Origin: a bacterium
GTDB lineage: Bacteria; Planctomycetota; Phycisphaerae; UBA1845
Length of the DNA stretch: 48,122 bases
Assembly: GCA_024231775.1 (NCBI GenBank)
Contig: JAAEQG010001482.1
Coordinates: 1 to 48,122, forward strand
Reading direction: 5' to 3'
Shown here: positions 45,067-48,122 of the stretch, piece after piece
Layout: the number at the start of each line of letters is the position of its first letter
Position numbering within the stretch: position 1 is the first letter of the stretch
Made by a program: the position numbers and the translations under genes
Notes under the pieces: generated by a model
The model's input: the letters and a program-made list of their open reading frames with translations, nothing else
What the model was told of the DNA's origin: nothing
The model's database searches: none

Positions 45067-46454
45067 GCCCGACCGGCGCAGGCACGCCCCATGCATCCGT
45101 GCCCTGTGAACAGGCGATCTTCACTTCCGTGCGTACCGCCATGGGGCAGGGCTATCGGCTGATCGCCTCCAGCCCCGGGCTAACGCCGGAGGAAAAGACC
45201 GAGATCACCAAGCGCAGCCCGTCACATGGTGGGCTGTGCAACGCGGATAACGGCTCGGCGGTGGCCTTCTACCCGCTGCCGGGCGGACGCTTATGCGCCG
45301 CGCTGTCCTGCGCTGCCGGGCAAGAGCAGTCCGGTCGGGGAGGGCTGCGCATCTACACCCGTGCCGCCGTGTTGGACCGATCGTCCTTCGACAAGTTCGC
45401 GGGCAATCCACTCAACGTACTCAGAGCCCTGGAGCAGAGCGGGTTGGCGACGCCCGACCTCGAACCCGCCAAAACACTTCCGGTGGTTCACCTAGCCCCC
45501 GACGCACGCTGTCGCTCCGACGAGACTCTCGAAGCCCTTGACCGGGTGGGCCGTGACTGGCTGATCTTCATGCTCCAAGCGGCGCTAGCGGAGCGGCGCG
45601 TGATTCTGGCGGGTACCGACGATCCTCTGGTACTTATTGAAGCTGTGCTGCTGGGGCTTCCGAACTCTGTGCGCGAGAGCGTGTCGTTCGCCAGCGGTCT
45701 GACTTTCTCGATCGGTCGGGCGTTTACACTGACGGCCGTAAGTGGTGACACCCGGGGGATAGAACGAATCATCCGCGGCCACCCGCTCGCCCTGGTCCAC
45801 CCGCAAGCCCATACGCCACCACCTCCGCTTGAACTGGGTGAATGGAGCCGGATGGTGACGGAGTACTGGAACGAATCCGCCCACGTGGAGCTGGCCAGAT
45901 TCACTGGCGAAGCGTTTGAAGATTGCTCGCCGGAAGCTCTGGAGCGGGTCGCCGCCCTGCGAAACGAAACCAGCCGCGCATCAGTATCCGGAGCGGCAGA
46001 GCTCCTGGTCCTGGCCCTGCGCCGAGTTACCCAAGGAACTGCGGACGGGCTGGAGAACCGCCTGCTAGCCGACCTGCTCAGCACGATCCGCATGCGCTTG
46101 CAGCGCATCTGGTCCACGGCTGGGCAACAGGAGCTGGTCCAGGAGTGGCCTGCGCTGGTCGATCTGGTACGCAAGTCGCCCCTGGCGTTCCAGCACCTAA
46201 CTCCATTGGTCGGCTTGGTGCTTACTCGCCTGGCGATCACGACTCCGCTTAAGGCGATGGAGTATGCCCTGGAAATCGCCGGTGATCCGATGGTGAGAAC
46301 CCTGGAGAGTGAATTGGACAACGTGGCGGAGGCGGTGGAGGCACAACAGCCTCAGGCGGACTCCGGACAGACCCGGCTGGCCAATAAGCTGCTCGACAAG
46401 TGGCGGACGGCGTTCCCACACCTGCCGAGTTCGTCCGTTGCGATTCGCACATAG
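45042..46454 (+). CDS. GTPase-associated protein 1 (GAP1)-like protein, uncharacterised
   Basis: 470 aa. The N-terminus EQAIFTSVRTAMGQGYRLIASSPGLTPEEK ... GQEQSGRGGLRIYTRAAVLD resembles, from memory, the QLYYTS..G.GFQ..A.S.G ... SGR.GN...HALV pattern of GAP1 N-terminal domains. The ATG overlaps the GTPase gene by 25 nt; an alternative GTG lies at 45099. Confidence 0.6.
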   Translation: MDPQLPGVSPTGAGTPHASVPCEQAIFTSVRTAMGQGYRLIASSPGLTPEEKTEITKRSPSHGGLCNADNGSAVAFYPLPGGRLCAALSCAAGQEQSGRGGLRIYTRAAVLDRSSFDKFAGNPLNVLRALEQSGLATPDLEPAKTLPVVHLAPDARCRSDETLEALDRVGRDWLIFMLQAALAERRVILAGTDDPLVLIEAVLLGLPNSVRESVSFASGLTFSIGRAFTLTAVSGDTRGIERIIRGHPLALVHPQAHTPPPPLELGEWSRMVTEYWNESAHVELARFTGEAFEDCSPEALERVAALRNETSRASVSGAAELLVLALRRVTQGTADGLENRLLADLLSTIRMRLQRIWSTAGQQELVQEWPALVDLVRKSPLAFQHLTPLVGLVLTRLAITTPLKAMEYALEIAGDPMVRTLESELDNVAEAVEAQQPQADSGQTRLANKLLDKWRTAFPHLPSSSVAIRT

Positions 46455-46471
46455 GATGCCGGGGGCAACGG

Positions 46472-47176
46472 CTAGCCCGCCAACGCCGCCAGCGCCGCGC
46501 TGACGTACTTCGAGGATCGCTCGATCCGTGCGGGGAAACTCGAGGCGACCTCCGCAAGATGGCCGTAATGGGCTGCGCCGGCCTTAACCTCGATGATGAT
46601 CCGGTCCGCCACCGGAGTGGCCCGGTGCAAGTTCGGGATTGTGGAGCGGAACTGGTCAAAGACAGCCAGATCCCGGTCCACGGTGACCCGGACCGTACGG
46701 TCCGCCGAAGAGTAGTACATCCGCCGATAGCATATCAGCACCGTCGGACAGCATCGTTCGTCCAACCGGACACGCCACCCGCCCGGAAGCTGGCGGCGGA
46801 GCTGACCAAGCACGGCGGACCATGTAGTGTGTTCAAGCTGGACGGGTGCGGCGAGCACATGCTGCCGCTTGTCTCCCAGTCCACCCCGCTTGAGCTTCAA
46901 CTCCATCGTTGGCGGAGCGGACGGGCACCGCTCGCCGTACCACCTCAGCCTGAGTTTGCAGCGCGAAGACACGCCCGCCAGATTGTCATTAGCACTGTGC
47001 AGCTCCGGGGTATCGAAGTAGATACTGTTGACCTCTCGCGGCGGATACGCCTTGGAAAACGCCGCGGGATGAAGGCGAAGCCAGGCCCGCACGGTGGCAA
47101 GACGATCACGGCGAACCACGAGCTTGAGTTCGTAGCGCTCACCGCCAGTACCCCCCACCACCGAGTCACCGAGCAT
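46472..47176 (-). CDS. VTC-domain (polyphosphate polymerase/CYTH-like) protein
   Basis: ERYELKLVV.., REVNSIYFDTPEL, KLRLRWYG, TMELKLKRG, ICYRRMYYSS, RVTVDRDL, IIIEVK and SKYVSA follow the VTC/CYTH beta-barrel pattern. Start is uncertain: ATG 47176 gives 234 aa, and the alternatives are GTG 47296 or the track start at 47371. Confidence 0.7.
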   Translation of the reverse strand: MLGDSVVGGTGGERYELKLVVRRDRLATVRAWLRLHPAAFSKAYPPREVNSIYFDTPELHSANDNLAGVSSRCKLRLRWYGERCPSAPPTMELKLKRGGLGDKRQHVLAAPVQLEHTTWSAVLGQLRRQLPGGWRVRLDERCCPTVLICYRRMYYSSADRTVRVTVDRDLAVFDQFRSTIPNLHRATPVADRIIIEVKAGAAHYGHLAEVASSFPARIERSSKYVSAALAALAG

Positions 47177-47300
47177 ACGGGAAACCGCCGTCCGGGGCGA
47201 AGGTCGGACCGGAACGCACGGCTTGGTCTCTACAGAACAGCCCGTGCCGGTTGCGCTGTCGGTCTCGTCAGCTACAAGTAGGGTGCCTTCGTCCACGCGG

Positions 47301-48122
47301 CTAGTTCTCCGCAGTCCGCCGAGCGTACAGTGTGGCGACGTCCAGCTCAGTAGCGTCCTGGGCAATGCCATTCAACTGCACTGAGGAACCCGTCTGGGCG
47401 AGCACGGTCTGCATCGTGTCCGCAAACTGGACGTTACGCGCAACGACACTCGCCGGTCCGTGTACGGGTTTCTTGACGTAGGCTGCAAGACCGATCCGGG
47501 CGTGGCGGATCATCGAGTCGGCAAGCTCCACCGAGGATGAGTCCTTGCTGGCGATGGCGATGCCGGCTTGGTCAATGGTCACACGCGATGCGGTGACCAC
47601 GCTCCTTTCGCCAGAGGAGATGACCTTGTCGACAACTCGCTCTGCCCTCAGATCCAGGATGCGCAGTCGGCTGCCGCTGACGTCCACGGCATCCCCTCCT
47701 ACGTCAGCGAACCGGCAGCGCTTCACGGCTCCGGTCACGTAGTCACCGTCGAACGCATCCGCAGCGCAGTTCTCGAAAACGCAGTCCTCGAGTTCCACCA
47801 CGCCGTGAATGATGTTGAGCGCGTCTTCGGACGTGTTGTCCAGGAAGGTCACCCGGGCAAGGTGGGCATCGCACCGGTAGAAAGTCACCCCTCCGGTTAG
47901 CATCCAACCCCCACGCTGAATTGGAGACGTGCCCTTGACCACGACGCTCTCCCACTCAGAAACCTCGGCAGCTGCGGACACGACCACCCCGCCCCAAGTC
48001 TTGCCCTGCGGTTCCAGCACGATAGGACTCTGGGGGTCGCCGTTCATGCCGACTGGACCCGTCGCATAGAGCACGGCGCCGGGCGCGAAGCGCAGAGTCG
48101 TTGCCGAGTCGATCTCCAGGCC
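47301..48122 (-). CDS. right-handed parallel beta-helix repeat protein; 5' end beyond the right edge
   Basis: The frame stays open upstream of the track's GTG 48074 to the window end (..GLEIDSATTLRFAPGAV-LYATGP..). Repetitive short strands such as VTFLDNTSEDALNI, LEDCVFENCAADAFDGD, CRFADVGGDAVDVSGS and VTIDQAGIAIASKD are typical of pectate-lyase-like beta-helices. Confidence 0.6.
   Translation of the reverse strand, partial: GLEIDSATTLRFAPGAVLYATGPVGMNGDPQSPIVLEPQGKTWGGVVVSAAAEVSEWESVVVKGTSPIQRGGWMLTGGVTFYRCDAHLARVTFLDNTSEDALNIIHGVVELEDCVFENCAADAFDGDYVTGAVKRCRFADVGGDAVDVSGSRLRILDLRAERVVDKVISSGERSVVTASRVTIDQAGIAIASKDSSSVELADSMIRHARIGLAAYVKKPVHGPASVVARNVQFADTMQTVLAQTGSSVQLNGIAQDATELDVATLYARRTAEN

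Noticed and set aside
1-48122. Prophage, integrative element, or any rRNA or tRNA gene
   Set aside because: No integrase, transposase, phage structural or recombinase-like ORFs were seen. No tRNA-like cloverleaf or T-loop GTTCGAATC-type sequence appears in the intergenic regions, and there are no flanking direct repeats. The only compositional anomaly is the single orphan gene at 7.3-8.5 kb.

Overview
A 48.1-kb GC-rich bacterial chromosomal segment with about 34 protein-coding genes packed on both strands. I found no rRNA, tRNA, CRISPR array, transposase or integrase. Lineage cannot be fixed from the sequence alone. Most genes are ordinary: an amidohydrolase, GNAT, GT2, GT39-like transferase, tilS, ychF, an MTH1187-type thiamine-binding protein, a secreted metallophosphoesterase, an SGNH-like lipoprotein, a nucleotide-sugar dehydrogenase with a DegT aminotransferase, a dihaem cytochrome c peroxidase, a CBM9-like/sodium-solute symporter/GH20 sugar cluster, DUF4416, a TPR protein and a VTC-domain protein. 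Three regions stand out. (1) 12.6-21.4 kb holds five co-directional genes: a Tat-exported 4x[4Fe-4S] protein, an NrfD/HybB-like membrane subunit, a 13-CxxCH cytochrome, and two tandem CbcL-like fusions of 19 and 11 CxxCH motifs to an FdnI/HydC-type cytochrome b. That is 43 haem motifs with no catalytic enzyme in view. (2) 26.4-29.9 kb holds prpB, then a citrate-synthase paralogue that has lost two of the three catalytic residues, then an intact eukaryote-type citrate synthase. (3) 37.6-46.5 kb is the most interesting. A roughly 1310-aa coiled-coil protein is transcribed divergently from a putative operon encoding a 397-aa coiled-coil protein, a cysteine-less FGE-sulfatase-fold protein, a zinc-ribbon TRAFAC GTPase and a 470-aa GAP1-like protein. 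This looks like an experimentally uncharacterised GTPase-centred module. Several start codons in the ORF track were re-assigned from signal peptides, Shine-Dalgarno spacing and homologue N-termini. The track also misses an edge-truncated CDS at 1-1005. Many long track ORFs are antisense shadow ORFs typical of GC-rich DNA.
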